From Monocercomonoides exilis PA203 (lineage: Eukaryota; Protista; Preaxostyla), in contig LSRY02000012.1 in NCBI GenBank assembly GCA_001643675.2, forward strand, positions 248,001-312,000: 64,000 nucleotides of DNA. The letters are read 5' to 3'. Below the pieces are notes generated by a model that was not told the origin of the DNA, ran no database searches, and worked only from the letters and a program-made list of their open reading frames with translations. Below, one piece after another: positions 12,630 through 23,088 of this stretch. The position numbers and the translations under genes were made by a program. Numbering within the stretch: the first letter of the stretch is position 1; each line of letters begins with the position of its first letter.

Positions 12630-15600
12630 TCAATTGAATGTTGTCGATAAAGTTGTTGTTTCGTTGCCTTTGCTTGACGATTCAAACGTAATGGCATCTG
12701 TTACTGTTAACATTACGCTTCCAGCGGGAAACAGCTTGATGAACTCTCTTTTCAGCTCATTTAGCGACAGCCTTTCTGAATAGTTCTCGCTCCAGCAAGA
12801 TCTCATAACTTGACCCAATCTGGAGTCGTCTGCATTCCCCATGTTTGGCCTTTCTCCGTTGACAATCTTCCGTGCCGCTATCTCTGCTTCATACTCGCCA
12901 AATGGGATCTGAAGTGTTAAGCATTCCCACAGCATCATCCCAATCGAAAACGACACTGTCTTTTTTGTTGCAACTGCATTTCTGTTTGCCATCAGCTCTG
13001 GTGCCTTCCACCTCAGGCACTCCTTTCTGTAATCGTCATCATCCTCGAAGGCAGATGAAGGAGGAGGTGAGTCCCTGCCATTTCTGTTTGCTGTCGAGCA
13101 ATCAGAGGTTGATGTGATAATGGTTGATGTTGATGAAATGGATGATGAATCTGAACTGTCATCAGAAGAACACTCTGAGTGCATCACGATGCAAATGACC
13201 ATGTGTTCAGAGAATAATACAACGTGAGGACTCAGATTTGCAAGCGATTGAACTGGATTATCCATTTCATCAAACGAGTGGAGAGCAAGATTAGCCACCC
13301 AGAACAGGATTTGAGCAGCTGTTTGCTCCCTTTGTTGAAGACTCCCAATCGCCATCTCTTTCTTCTCATTCCTTCCATGCAACAGCATGAAAAGCGAATC
13401 CCTCAAGTCCACAATCAGCTTCTCATGAGGAGATGAACAGGCCATCGCATCTACCAGATTCGACATTGATGAGGTGGTTGGACACAGACTCTCTGATCGA
13501 ACAAAAGTGGATTCTGTGTCTGAAGTGTCTGTGGTTGAAGTGGATGAAATGGATGGCGACGGAGTTCTCTTTCTTATCTCTTCTTCTTTCTCATCAACCT
13601 TCTCCAATGCCCATTCTGGAATCTTGTCTGAATCTCTTCCCAAGATATATTCAGTCGATCCACTCTCAGATAGAAGATGCTCCGATGACTCTGAATGTCC
13701 CAAGCTTTTCTCATACACCCTCTTCTTTATCCTCTCTTCATTACTCTTTTCTGCCTCTTTCTCTGCTCTTCTCCATTGCGCTTCAGGAGACATCTCCATC
13801 GTCACCATCTCAAACGCCTTCGGATCCTTCCTCACTGTGTCTTCCACAATCACTTCCAATTCTTCTGTTCTTCTCTTCTGTTTTCTCCATCGAACAACAA
13901 ATATTACCAATGCAATTAAAAGTACGACTACAATTACAATGCACACAATCAATATCCATGAGAATTTCTCTTCTTTTCCTCCCTCAACAACCCTTTCGCC
14001 TCCATTTGCCTTGGGCACGCTTCTGTTCTTCAGAATGAAAGAAGCTGTTGAAGACGGAGAATTCAAGTCACCAAACAGAATTGATACAGAAACTTCTGCA
14101 CTATCAGGGAGATCTGAGACAATTGATGAAAGAATGGATGAATGGGCTTCATTTTCAGATATGCTTTGATCTGTTTCAAGAGGGTACACATTGAGGAGGC
14201 TGGCATCTCCTTGAGTGATGGAAAGACGATATGACAAGTTGCAAGGAAGGAGAAGAGATCCATGAAATCGAAGCTCTGTCCAGCTTCCCAAGTCATTTGC
14301 TTCTACAGACTCAAGTGTTGGAATGAAGAAGGACGATTGCCTTCCTGCAGCCAACCCTTCCAGCTTGCATCCGTTATTCAGAATCCACAGAGATGAATTG
14401 TCTCTTGCGCCATCTCCTCCTTTCAAGCTTCCAATATTCAATGCAGCAGAGCCAAAGCAAATGATGTTTCTCCTGACTGAAGGGTATTTTTCTATCTTCG
14501 GGTTGTTGTTGAGCATCTCGCCTTTCAACATTGTGACATTGCATTCGTTCGCTGTCAATCCTCCGTTTGATGCATTGGCAATTGTTGTGTCTTTGATCAT
14601 CGCTGAGCTCTTGTCCATGTCGACAACAGACCCATTCCACTGGCAGATATCTCCTAAATGTTCCTCATTCTCGTTTGTGTTCCGCGCAGCATTCGCCCCA
14701 TCAAAAGTGCATGAAGCGATCTCAACCTGCTTTAATCCTGCGATACTGATGATACTCCCTTTTGCTGATGCTGATTTGCATTTCTCGAATGAACAGTCCT
14801 CCATTGCAACTTGAGATGATGGTGACTCTGCTGATAAACAGCATGGCCCAACAGAATTTCTGGTGATGTTGGAAAATAATGATTGTTTCAGTATCAGTTT
14901 TGATGAACTGAATTCGGCATTCACCACACATCCATTGGAAAGGGTTATTCCATCAAAAGTTAAGTTGCTCATTTCTGTGGAAGAGTCTTCGCATGCAATG
15001 AAAAGCAACGATTCTGCAGAAACAGATATATTAACGAATTCCAAGAGATAGCACCGAATGCTTGTTTTAACATCAGTTCTGTCTGACGAGAATGCAATCA
15101 TATTGGCTTTTGATTGCACTTTGTTCATTTGCAATTTTTCGATTTGGCAATCTCTGCAGTCATGAAGAATCATGGATGAATCCTCGAAGAGGCAGAAAGC
15201 AACATGCATTTGATGGATGAGCAGCTTGGTGAGATTGTGCAAGTTCATTGCTCTTTTGGCATCCACATGAGTAATATTTGTGTTTGAGAAAGAACAATAC
15301 TCTCCACCGATTGCAGTTAAACACGATGAGCAGATGTGGAGAGATGCAAAGCAGCATTCATTTATTGTCAATCTCCCACTTTCTAACTGGATAATCGAGC
15401 AGTTCAGGAGAGAGTCGGAATTCTGCGAAGATGCTTCTTGAGTGAACAATGCGTTTGTGACAGACAAGTTCCCGTCAATAACGCAGAGAAGGCACAAATG
15501 TTCTGAAGAAAAGGCATTCCCAAACAAGAACGTCAAATGCTCAATTGCCACTCTGGAAGAGCAAGCGAGAAGATGATTTGACTTCTTCTCGATTGCTGCA

Positions 15601-18600
15601 TTCATCGCTATCACACCCTTTTCATTTTCTTGCTGCATTGATTTCATGGTCACATCTCTCAAACTTGCCTCTCCAGATACAGCGCACTCTTTGTCTATCA
15701 GCAAATTGCTGAAGACTGAAGGAATAACATGGTTCAGACCAGTATTCAACGAAGTGCATGGTCCGCTGGCTGCTCCGCACTGGCGTGAGTCTGTATTGTT
15801 TTCAGCTGTGGACGAGACAAATACAATCTCGTTCTGATACACAATCACAATTAGCAGCAGATCCTCCTCGTTCTCGAAGTGCTCGTCTGTGCAGCCCCAA
15901 ATTGCGAGCTCCTTGACAAACGGAGGACGAAAATCGAGCTGGAATTGGGCTAGTCCGATTTGTGAATCGATCTTGCTGCACTTCACAAACAAGTCTCTTC
16001 CCCTGAATGCTCTGTTCTCCAAAAATGTGGAGTTCACAAACTTGAATGGAGCCAGCTCTTCTGTCTCTGCTGCTGAGCAGTCCAGATACATTGCACCTCC
16101 TCTTCCAGTTGTGGAACAGAAACAACCAGTTAAGTTCGAATAGCAGCACTCGAGCAATCCTCCTTCGTTCAACTTCATTATCACGCCTCCTCCTTTCTCG
16201 CTTGCGCTGCTTCCACAGCTCTTTATCGATGTGTTCAGGATGGAAACGGTAATTGTTTTGCTTGTGAGACATTGAACAATGGATGGATCTGAAGGAGTGC
16301 TCTGTTGCAGCGAGTGAAGAGTGCAGCACTTCAGTTGAATTGTGTAACCTTCTCCATCGTTTGCTCTGCATGCTTCTTGCTGTTGTTGAGCAGCAATAAC
16401 ACTTTTTCCAGTGAGCTCGATGTTGTTTGTTGTTGTGTTTGTCAAGGAAAGACTGCCAAGAGAAGATGTCATTGCAATGTGATGTGCACACTTCATTGAT
16501 TCAAACGAACAAAAACTCAGCTCGCATGTTCCTGACAAGCAAACAACCACGCAATATGTGATTGTCTCTCCAATGACTCCAGAAAACTTGCAGCTGTCGA
16601 AAGCGAGGTTTCTGCCTGATGAGCAAATCAAATTGGAGTGGTGCCATTCTGCGCTGCAGCTACAGCAGATGCCAAGATTCAAGAAGCTGCATTCACCTGT
16701 GCTTGCAAGTGTCGAGCTACACACATCCTCAATTCCTGGCTTGGGGTTAATGGCTGGATTGAATTTCAGCAATGAATGATTCTCCACATTTTTTGATGTG
16801 ACAACCATATTTGTCACATCAACCTCGCAGTCAACAAGCACCTCATCCATTGCAACCAATTTATTCAATGCTGAATCGGATTCATCGCTTGAAGAAGGAA
16901 AGTGCATTTGTCCATATTGCATCGTCATGCAAGGCTCTCCCTCACTTCCGCACCTTGAAACGTCCCAACCGTTGTTTTTGCTCAGACATATCTCAGAAGA
17001 AATGAATGGGATCAAGAAACGGAGGAGATCAAAATCTGTTTTTGTTGAGTCGCTTCCAATGAACAGATTATTGCTGGCTTCTGCATCAGAAATGGCAAAT
17101 GCAAGTCTTTCTGCAGTTATTGATAAATTGAGATCAGACGAAATAACAAACAAATTCTTTCCCGCATGTGCGTTGCACATTTCGAAAGTTATATCCGCAA
17201 ACAAAAAGGCATCTGATGCTGAGCAGTCAACAAACAGCGCTCCTCCTTTGCCTTTTGTTTCGCTTTCTGCGCAACATTTTGTGAATGTGCTGTTTTTGAT
17301 CTTGAATGAGCCAGTTGAGCCAATCACTGCCTTCAATGCCCCTCCTTCATCGCTTTGTGTTCCTCTAATATCTGTTGCATTCCATTGGTCGCACTCTATA
17401 TCCATTGATACAAGCGATGAGAACAATATTGCACAATTAGCATCATTATCTTCGCGAGTTATCTTTTCAAATGAACATCCAAAAAGAGTCAAAACGTTGT
17501 TGTTTGCATTGTCATTTTTTTGGTGTTTGTTTGTGGAAGGAATGACACAAATAAGGGGGTAACTGCCAATTACAGAGTTCATGATCTTCAAAGTGATAGC
17601 ATCCGAAGGTGTATCTTCATTTGCTCTCGCTCCAATTGGTGCATGAGAGATGCAATCAGATTGCAGTGAGCAATGATCCATTTTGAGGATTCCTCCGCAC
17701 AACTCAAACAGCTGAAAGCTCACCTGATCCACTTCGCCCTCCTGCATGCTGAGCAGACATTCAACCATTGAAAAGTTGCTTTCAGAAGACAAGAAAATCA
17801 GCGACAGGACATCGTTGTTGAATGATGATGGGATTGCAAGCATTGCCTGTTCGATCGAAGAATTTCCTGAAACAGTCAACACTTTTCCTGATAGAGTGCT
17901 CACAGCTTTCAGAAAAGATATTTTCATTTTCGAGTTGCTTGCCGACTTCACCTCAGCATTTTGCAAGCACATTTCGTTTCTGATTTCTGTTGAAGTGCTG
18001 ATGGTTATTGCCTTCCCATTGATCTGAGCTAATCTCTGCATCCCATAATCCAGCGATGCACATGGGTAATCTGAAAACCCGCAAACAAATGTATTGGCTC
18101 CATTGCTGAGGCTTGCATAGAGGGTTTGTCCGACATCCTCCAGAAGCAGAACCAGAGGAACTGCATTTTCATGGTCCTCACCGTAATATCCTTGCAAGTT
18201 ATTGAATGAACCATGGTCACACTGAGCTGCAAAAGGAAGAGATTCCATTGTGATGCTTGCTTTCAGATCTGGCGAGCAAACAAACAGATCGCTTCCATGT
18301 TTTGCTTTGTTTGGGCTTTCTGTTGCAAAGGATGGATCTGAAACAACAAATCCAGCATCTGAGTCAACAAGATCGAAAAATATCCCTCCACCAAACCCTT
18401 CAAGCATGTCTGAAGGTGCTTCGCAGCCATTGAAGGTGCACAGAGTGATTGACAATGAACGTGGACTCGACAGAGAACAAAACAATCCACCACCCCCGCT
18501 CCCATTTTCAGCAACAGCACAGCCATCAAATGAACAGTTCTCGATTGAAAGTTGGCGTTCATTTGCATTTCCAGTTGTGATGTCAAAGCACGATCCGTTT

Positions 18601-21600
18601 CCTTTTGAGCACGTAATTGTGAGAAAGGAAGTGTTTTTTGCTTCCAGTGTTTGAATTGAAGATATCTCAATCAGACTAGATTCATCCATGCTGCAGCTTT
18701 CAATCGAAGAATTGTGAATTGTGAGAAGTCTGCTGTCTGCTGCATAAATTAACCCTTTATTTCCTTTGACGGTGACTTTGTTCACACTTAAGAAATCAAT
18801 TTCGCAGCTTGAGTGCGAGCCAGTGATTGATATGATTGGCTGAGAGACGCAAAGCATTCCGGGAATCAAAAAGTGTGCAAAGTTGATTGAACCTTCTGAA
18901 ACCAATGCAAAGGAGTATTCGATAATCTCTGATGATTCGAGGTCTTCGGATATTGTCAGTGCGCAGTCAGTCATAAAGAGCTCTTCGTCTCTCACATCGA
19001 AAAGCGATGAAAAAGGTGCCAATGAGGTTGAAGAGAGGGTGAAGGTTATTGCTGCGAATGAACAATCCACACTTGTGGTTATGAGTCCTCCCGTTCCTTC
19101 TATCGGCCCAGTTCCTATCACTGTTATTGTTGACGGAAGATTACGTTCACCAACATCATATCCAACTTCATTGAGCGCAAGCTTCTCTTTCAATTCTATT
19201 TTTTGTGAGATTTTGATCTTCTTCTTCACTGAAGCCTGAACATCAAACGAATATGAAAGTGTTTCGCATGGGTACAATGGATGTCCGCAGCAAACGTTGT
19301 CACTTCCTGTCGAAGATACAAAAACAAAATCTCCGCGAGCTTTGAGGAATATTTCCAAGGGGATAATTGTATTTGGAACCCTCTTGTCTGAGCCCATCAG
19401 CAACTGCGGAGAGTCAGATTCCTGCCAAAACCCAAAACGAGGCAAAAGGATGCTTGCATTCAAGTTAGGAGAATGGACAAAGGCATTTTTGCCGAAGGCA
19501 GCATTGTTCGAAGAAGTGAATTGTGTGCCTGAGATATTGAAGATTGAGTTTTCATCTCTTAGATCCATCATCAATCCCCCTCCTTTCCCGTTCTTTCCTT
19601 CTTCAAAAGCTGCAGTGCAATGATCGAATCTTGTGTCAGCCACAGCGCAACTGAATCCTGCGCTGAGACAGATGAACAGCCCTCCGCCTCCTGTGTCATC
19701 TCCTTGAGTGCAACAAGTGTCAAATTCACAAGTGTCAAATGAAATACTACATGATTCCTCAAGTGCTTCACTGCAAACAACACTCATGCATCCTCCGTTC
19801 TGGTTGCTCACAATGTTGGAGAATGATGCATTCACAAGAGTGGACATCTTGCAGTCGTTAATTGCAACAGCACAACCTTGAGCAAATGCAAAACCAGACA
19901 TCTTCACTGATCTCATATTCAGCTCTCCTTCATCGACTTGGAGAAGCGATTGTGTTGAAGGAAGATTTGAAGAGAGATCTTTTGTGAATGCACACAATTC
20001 CAGCTGCAATGTTCCAGAAGACACAGCATGTATTGCTGTTCTGTTGAAAACACACACAAAAGAAGTGTTGCCCACTTTCAAAAACCCGTTTGCAACATAA
20101 AACAAATCCACAGTTGTTGAGTTGGCAAGACACATAACTTTTGATTCGTTTGCAGCAACCCCAATGATTTCGATATGTTTCGAGTTGATCTCAATGTAGT
20201 TTTCAATGTAGTTTTCACTGAATAGCAATATGCTTTGATTCAACTGAGATCTCCACCTTGTCACTCCATATTCCACGGTTTTGCATTCAGATCCAATATT
20301 CCCACATGTGTTTATGTCACTTCCATCTTTGCTGATGCGAATTTCTGAGGGAGGAGATGGCAGCCAATCATCATGGGCTACGCCACGATCTCCGCATTCT
20401 TCTGCAAATCTGGCACAGATTACGACGTGCCTCGGTGCATTGGAAAGTGTGAAGCAGTGTTTTATTTCGTTCACAGCAGTATCAGCATCGTATCCTTTTC
20501 CGAGATATATATCTGCTGCATGTGTATCCTTCTGCACAGTATTGTTCTCAAACAGACAAAATTGAATGAGCAGAGATGTATTATGATCATTGTCAGAAAT
20601 GTCCAGGCCTCCTGCTCCTAAGGGAGCAGAACCCCCAGATATTGAGCAATTCGATATTACAATATCTTGCTTGTTGTGTCGATAAAACACTGTACCTGCA
20701 AAGTTGTAATTTGACACACAATTTAACATTTCGCTATCGTAAATTGAACCACTTCCTCCATTGTACCATGCAGAAGCTCCACCATATGAAGCTGAACAAT
20801 TGTGAAATTTGCATCCATTTATGTTAGTGAATCCATCATTAATATGGCCAATCCCACCACCAATAAGACTTTTTCCAGTACCATGGCAGTTTGAAAACAA
20901 GGAGTCATTCACATTGCAGTCAACTCCATAAATGAAAATGGCTCCTCCATAACTGAAGACTTCCTGATATGTACTTACACATTCGAAAAAGAAGCATTGA
21001 TTTATTTTGAGTGAACTGTTTCCGCCAACTGTAATAGCTCCTCCATTTTCTGCAGTACAACCAGTGAAATTGCAATTGATGAACTCGATTTCACCTTCAG
21101 AAAATGATCCTGCGTTACTTGTGTAATTTCTGTTTGAGAGTGTGTTATCAGCGCGAATGAAGGTTGTATTGGATGAGAAGAAGCCTTTTCCAAAAGAGGC
21201 GCATATTATGGTTTCATAAAGTGGTGAAGTGCAATCACTGACAAAACAATTAGCCATTCCACTCATTTGATTGTGATTGCTGGTGTGTTTTGAAGAGCAT
21301 AGAAAATGAGAGGAAATATTCAGAAATGTGCACATTGAAATGTCAACATCTTCAAAGCACCCATTTCCAATGAAAGGAGGGGAAGACACACAGATTGAGT
21401 TGAATGAGCTCTCCAACATCAATAAGCTTGCTTTTAATTGTCTTGCATGATCTGGTGAAGTGGTCAAAGAAGGAATCAAAGAGGCATCCATTTTGTGGAT
21501 GAATGAAATATTCCGTGCAACAATCAGCCCACCACGAATGTGAAGAGGAGCAACTTTGCTGAAAGTCAGAAGACTTATGCTGCAAGCAACCAATTCGACT

Positions 21601-22085
21601 CTTGAATTGTCAGCGATGATCAAGGATGCATTGTTTTTTGATTGCAGTTTTTTGCAGTTGCAGATTGTGAAAGTTGAGTTCGTCAAAAAGAAAGAAGCAG
21701 CCATCATGAATTGCTGATTGTTTGGAATGTGTGAATGTTTTGCAGATTGTTTATCTTTGGAAGAGAAATCATTTTCATAAGAATTGCGATCAAAAGCGTG
21801 TTTTTCGATGTCTTCTTCTGGAAGTGAACAGGTACTTCTGGAAGCTTGAAATGGACTTGGTGATTCATTTGTTGTGTCATTTGATGTATGATGGTGATGA
21901 AAGAATAAATGAAGCTGGGATGAAGAAGTTTCTGTTTTTTGTTTGATTTCATTCGTGTTAATATGATTTGGGATAGGCTCGCAACTTTGAGCAGTTTCTC
22001 TACAACTCGTGTTTGGTTGGAATGATTGGATGTAAATGTGAATGACCAAGATTGATAACAAAACAAAAAAATGAACTACGTTCAT
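12630..22085 (-). CDS. Giant single-pass receptor-like protein: beta-helix (Pmp/pectin-lyase-like) ectodomain, TM, degenerate TKL/Tyr-kinase C-lobe
   Basis: Intronless 3151-aa ORF with an N-terminal hydrophobic signal, GGAI/GGGLF and FxxC/FxxN repeats, and five CGxxxxxCxT/S modules. TM WILIVCIVIVVVLLIALVIFVV-RWRK; kinase remnants LRWKAPE, SFSIGMMLWECLTLQIPF, GERP, CWSENYSERLS. Confidence 0.85.
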   Translation of the reverse strand: MNVVHFFVLLSILVIHIYIQSFQPNTSCRETAQSCEPIPNHINTNEIKQKTETSSSQLHLFFHHHHTSNDTTNESPSPFQASRSTCSLPEEDIEKHAFDRNSYENDFSSKDKQSAKHSHIPNNQQFMMAASFFLTNSTFTICNCKKLQSKNNASLIIADNSRVELVACSISLLTFSKVAPLHIRGGLIVARNISFIHKMDASLIPSLTTSPDHARQLKASLLMLESSFNSICVSSPPFIGNGCFEDVDISMCTFLNISSHFLCSSKHTSNHNQMSGMANCFVSDCTSPLYETIICASFGKGFFSSNTTFIRADNTLSNRNYTSNAGSFSEGEIEFINCNFTGCTAENGGAITVGGNSSLKINQCFFFECVSTYQEVFSYGGAIFIYGVDCNVNDSLFSNCHGTGKSLIGGGIGHINDGFTNINGCKFHNCSASYGGASAWYNGGSGSIYDSEMLNCVSNYNFAGTVFYRHNKQDIVISNCSISGGSAPLGAGGLDISDNDHNTSLLIQFCLFENNTVQKDTHAADIYLGKGYDADTAVNEIKHCFTLSNAPRHVVICARFAEECGDRGVAHDDWLPSPPSEIRISKDGSDINTCGNIGSECKTVEYGVTRWRSQLNQSILLFSENYIENYIEINSKHIEIIGVAANESKVMCLANSTTVDLFYVANGFLKVGNTSFVCVFNRTAIHAVSSGTLQLELCAFTKDLSSNLPSTQSLLQVDEGELNMRSVKMSGFAFAQGCAVAINDCKMSTLVNASFSNIVSNQNGGCMSVVCSEALEESCSISFDTCEFDTCCTQGDDTGGGGLFICLSAGFSCAVADTRFDHCTAAFEEGKNGKGGGLMMDLRDENSIFNISGTQFTSSNNAAFGKNAFVHSPNLNASILLPRFGFWQESDSPQLLMGSDKRVPNTIIPLEIFLKARGDFVFVSSTGSDNVCCGHPLYPCETLSYSFDVQASVKKKIKISQKIELKEKLALNEVGYDVGERNLPSTITVIGTGPIEGTGGLITTSVDCSFAAITFTLSSTSLAPFSSLFDVRDEELFMTDCALTISEDLESSEIIEYSFALVSEGSINFAHFLIPGMLCVSQPIISITGSHSSCEIDFLSVNKVTVKGNKGLIYAADSRLLTIHNSSIESCSMDESSLIEISSIQTLEAKNTSFLTITCSKGNGSCFDITTGNANERQLSIENCSFDGCAVAENGSGGGGLFCSLSSPRSLSITLCTFNGCEAPSDMLEGFGGGIFFDLVDSDAGFVVSDPSFATESPNKAKHGSDLFVCSPDLKASITMESLPFAAQCDHGSFNNLQGYYGEDHENAVPLVLLLEDVGQTLYASLSNGANTFVCGFSDYPCASLDYGMQRLAQINGKAITISTSTEIRNEMCLQNAEVKSASNSKMKISFLKAVSTLSGKVLTVSGNSSIEQAMLAIPSSFNNDVLSLIFLSSESNFSMVECLLSMQEGEVDQVSFQLFELCGGILKMDHCSLQSDCISHAPIGARANEDTPSDAITLKIMNSVIGSYPLICVIPSTNKHQKNDNANNNVLTLFGCSFEKITREDNDANCAILFSSLVSMDIECDQWNATDIRGTQSDEGGALKAVIGSTGSFKIKNSTFTKCCAESETKGKGGALFVDCSASDAFLFADITFEMCNAHAGKNLFVISSDLNLSITAERLAFAISDAEASNNLFIGSDSTKTDFDLLRFLIPFISSEICLSKNNGWDVSRCGSEGEPCMTMQYGQMHFPSSSDESDSALNKLVAMDEVLVDCEVDVTNMVVTSKNVENHSLLKFNPAINPKPGIEDVCSSTLASTGECSFLNLGICCSCSAEWHHSNLICSSGRNLAFDSCKFSGVIGETITYCVVVCLSGTCELSFCSFESMKCAHHIAMTSSLGSLSLTNTTTNNIELTGKSVIAAQQQQEACRANDGEGYTIQLKCCTLHSLQQSTPSDPSIVQCLTSKTITVSILNTSIKSCGSSASEKGGGVIMKLNEGGLLECCYSNLTGCFCSTTGRGGAMYLDCSAAETEELAPFKFVNSTFLENRAFRGRDLFVKCSKIDSQIGLAQFQLDFRPPFVKELAIWGCTDEHFENEEDLLLIVIVYQNEIVFVSSTAENNTDSRQCGAASGPCTSLNTGLNHVIPSVFSNLLIDKECAVSGEASLRDVTMKSMQQENEKGVIAMNAAIEKKSNHLLACSSRVAIEHLTFLFGNAFSSEHLCLLCVIDGNLSVTNALFTQEASSQNSDSLLNCSIIQLESGRLTINECCFASLHICSSCLTAIGGEYCSFSNTNITHVDAKRAMNLHNLTKLLIHQMHVAFCLFEDSSMILHDCRDCQIEKLQMNKVQSKANMIAFSSDRTDVKTSIRCYLLEFVNISVSAESLLFIACEDSSTEMSNLTFDGITLSNGCVVNAEFSSSKLILKQSLFSNITRNSVGPCCLSAESPSSQVAMEDCSFEKCKSASAKGSIISIAGLKQVEIASCTFDGANAARNTNENEEHLGDICQWNGSVVDMDKSSAMIKDTTIANASNGGLTANECNVTMLKGEMLNNNPKIEKYPSVRRNIICFGSAALNIGSLKGGDGARDNSSLWILNNGCKLEGLAAGRQSSFFIPTLESVEANDLGSWTELRFHGSLLLPCNLSYRLSITQGDASLLNVYPLETDQSISENEAHSSILSSIVSDLPDSAEVSVSILFGDLNSPSSTASFILKNRSVPKANGGERVVEGGKEEKFSWILIVCIVIVVVLLIALVIFVVRWRKQKRRTEELEVIVEDTVRKDPKAFEMVTMEMSPEAQWRRAEKEAEKSNEERIKKRVYEKSLGHSESSEHLLSESGSTEYILGRDSDKIPEWALEKVDEKEEEIRKRTPSPSISSTSTTDTSDTESTFVRSESLCPTTSSMSNLVDAMACSSPHEKLIVDLRDSLFMLLHGRNEKKEMAIGSLQQREQTAAQILFWVANLALHSFDEMDNPVQSLANLSPHVVLFSEHMVICIVMHSECSSDDSSDSSSISSTSTIITSTSDCSTANRNGRDSPPPSSAFEDDDDYRKECLRWKAPELMANRNAVATKKTVSFSIGMMLWECLTLQIPFGEYEAEIAARKIVNGERPNMGNADDSRLGQVMRSCWSENYSERLSLNELKREFIKLFPAGSVMLTVTDAITFESSSKGNETTTLSTTFN

Positions 22086-23088
22086 TGCAATTAAAAAAAT
22101 GTGAAGAAATATTAAGAACTTGGCAATGGACTTTTATTAGTCAAAAAAAAAAAATTTATGTACTAGGGTTATTTTTTTATTCGGATATTTTTTCATATGG
22201 GATCGAAAAAATTATAAAATTTTAATCTTATAATCGAATACTAATTTATGAACAAAAGAACATAATAATAAATATTGTTTATGGACTTTCTCTTGCTAAT
22301 TTTTCTTTATTTTTCTTATTTTCTTTATCCTCAGAACTATCAATAAAAAAAAAAGCAATTTTCGCTGAATTTTCGTTTTCTCCGATTTTTCTACATCAAA
22401 AAGTTATTTTCAACTATTTCTTGAAAATCTTCATTTCCTTTCATTCCTTCTTTCATATTCTTCATGTTCTTGGCTAATTATAACTTAACGAAGTCGCTCA
22501 AATTTTGTTTTTAATAGGATTTTTTTTCATAATAGTCAATAATGTGATAAATTTAAAGAAGTCAGCTCCGAAAAATTGAGCAATCTTTTGTTTTCAGAAA
22601 AATACATTTTTTTTTCCAAAAAATTCCATAATATTGGTTTTTTTGTTTTATTATTATTAAAAATTTTTCAAAATGGAACCTATTTTCAAATGGAATGGGG
22701 GAAAAAATGATATTGAAATAACTATGGTAAATGTTTTTTATCGGGGAACTCGAATTTTTCAAAATTTTTATTATTAACGGACATAAAATAGTATAAGAAT
22801 CTAAGCCTTTGTGACTTACTGACTTTTAATGATAAAAATTTCGATTCTGACTGACTTTTTCATTTTTTTGAGTCAAAGCAATATTTTTTTTATTTGGAAT
22901 ATATTTTATTCAGTTTGAAAATTTTTTCACTCATAATATTTTTTTGAATTTCAAATATCCAAATCATAACTTCATGGAAAAAAATTAATTTGAATATTTT
23001 GTTAATGATGGGAAATGACCAGATCAACAATTAGGGAATTTCCAAGTCAGTGACTTGTTGATCTTTTTGTGTCTCAGTCAAAAAAGTC

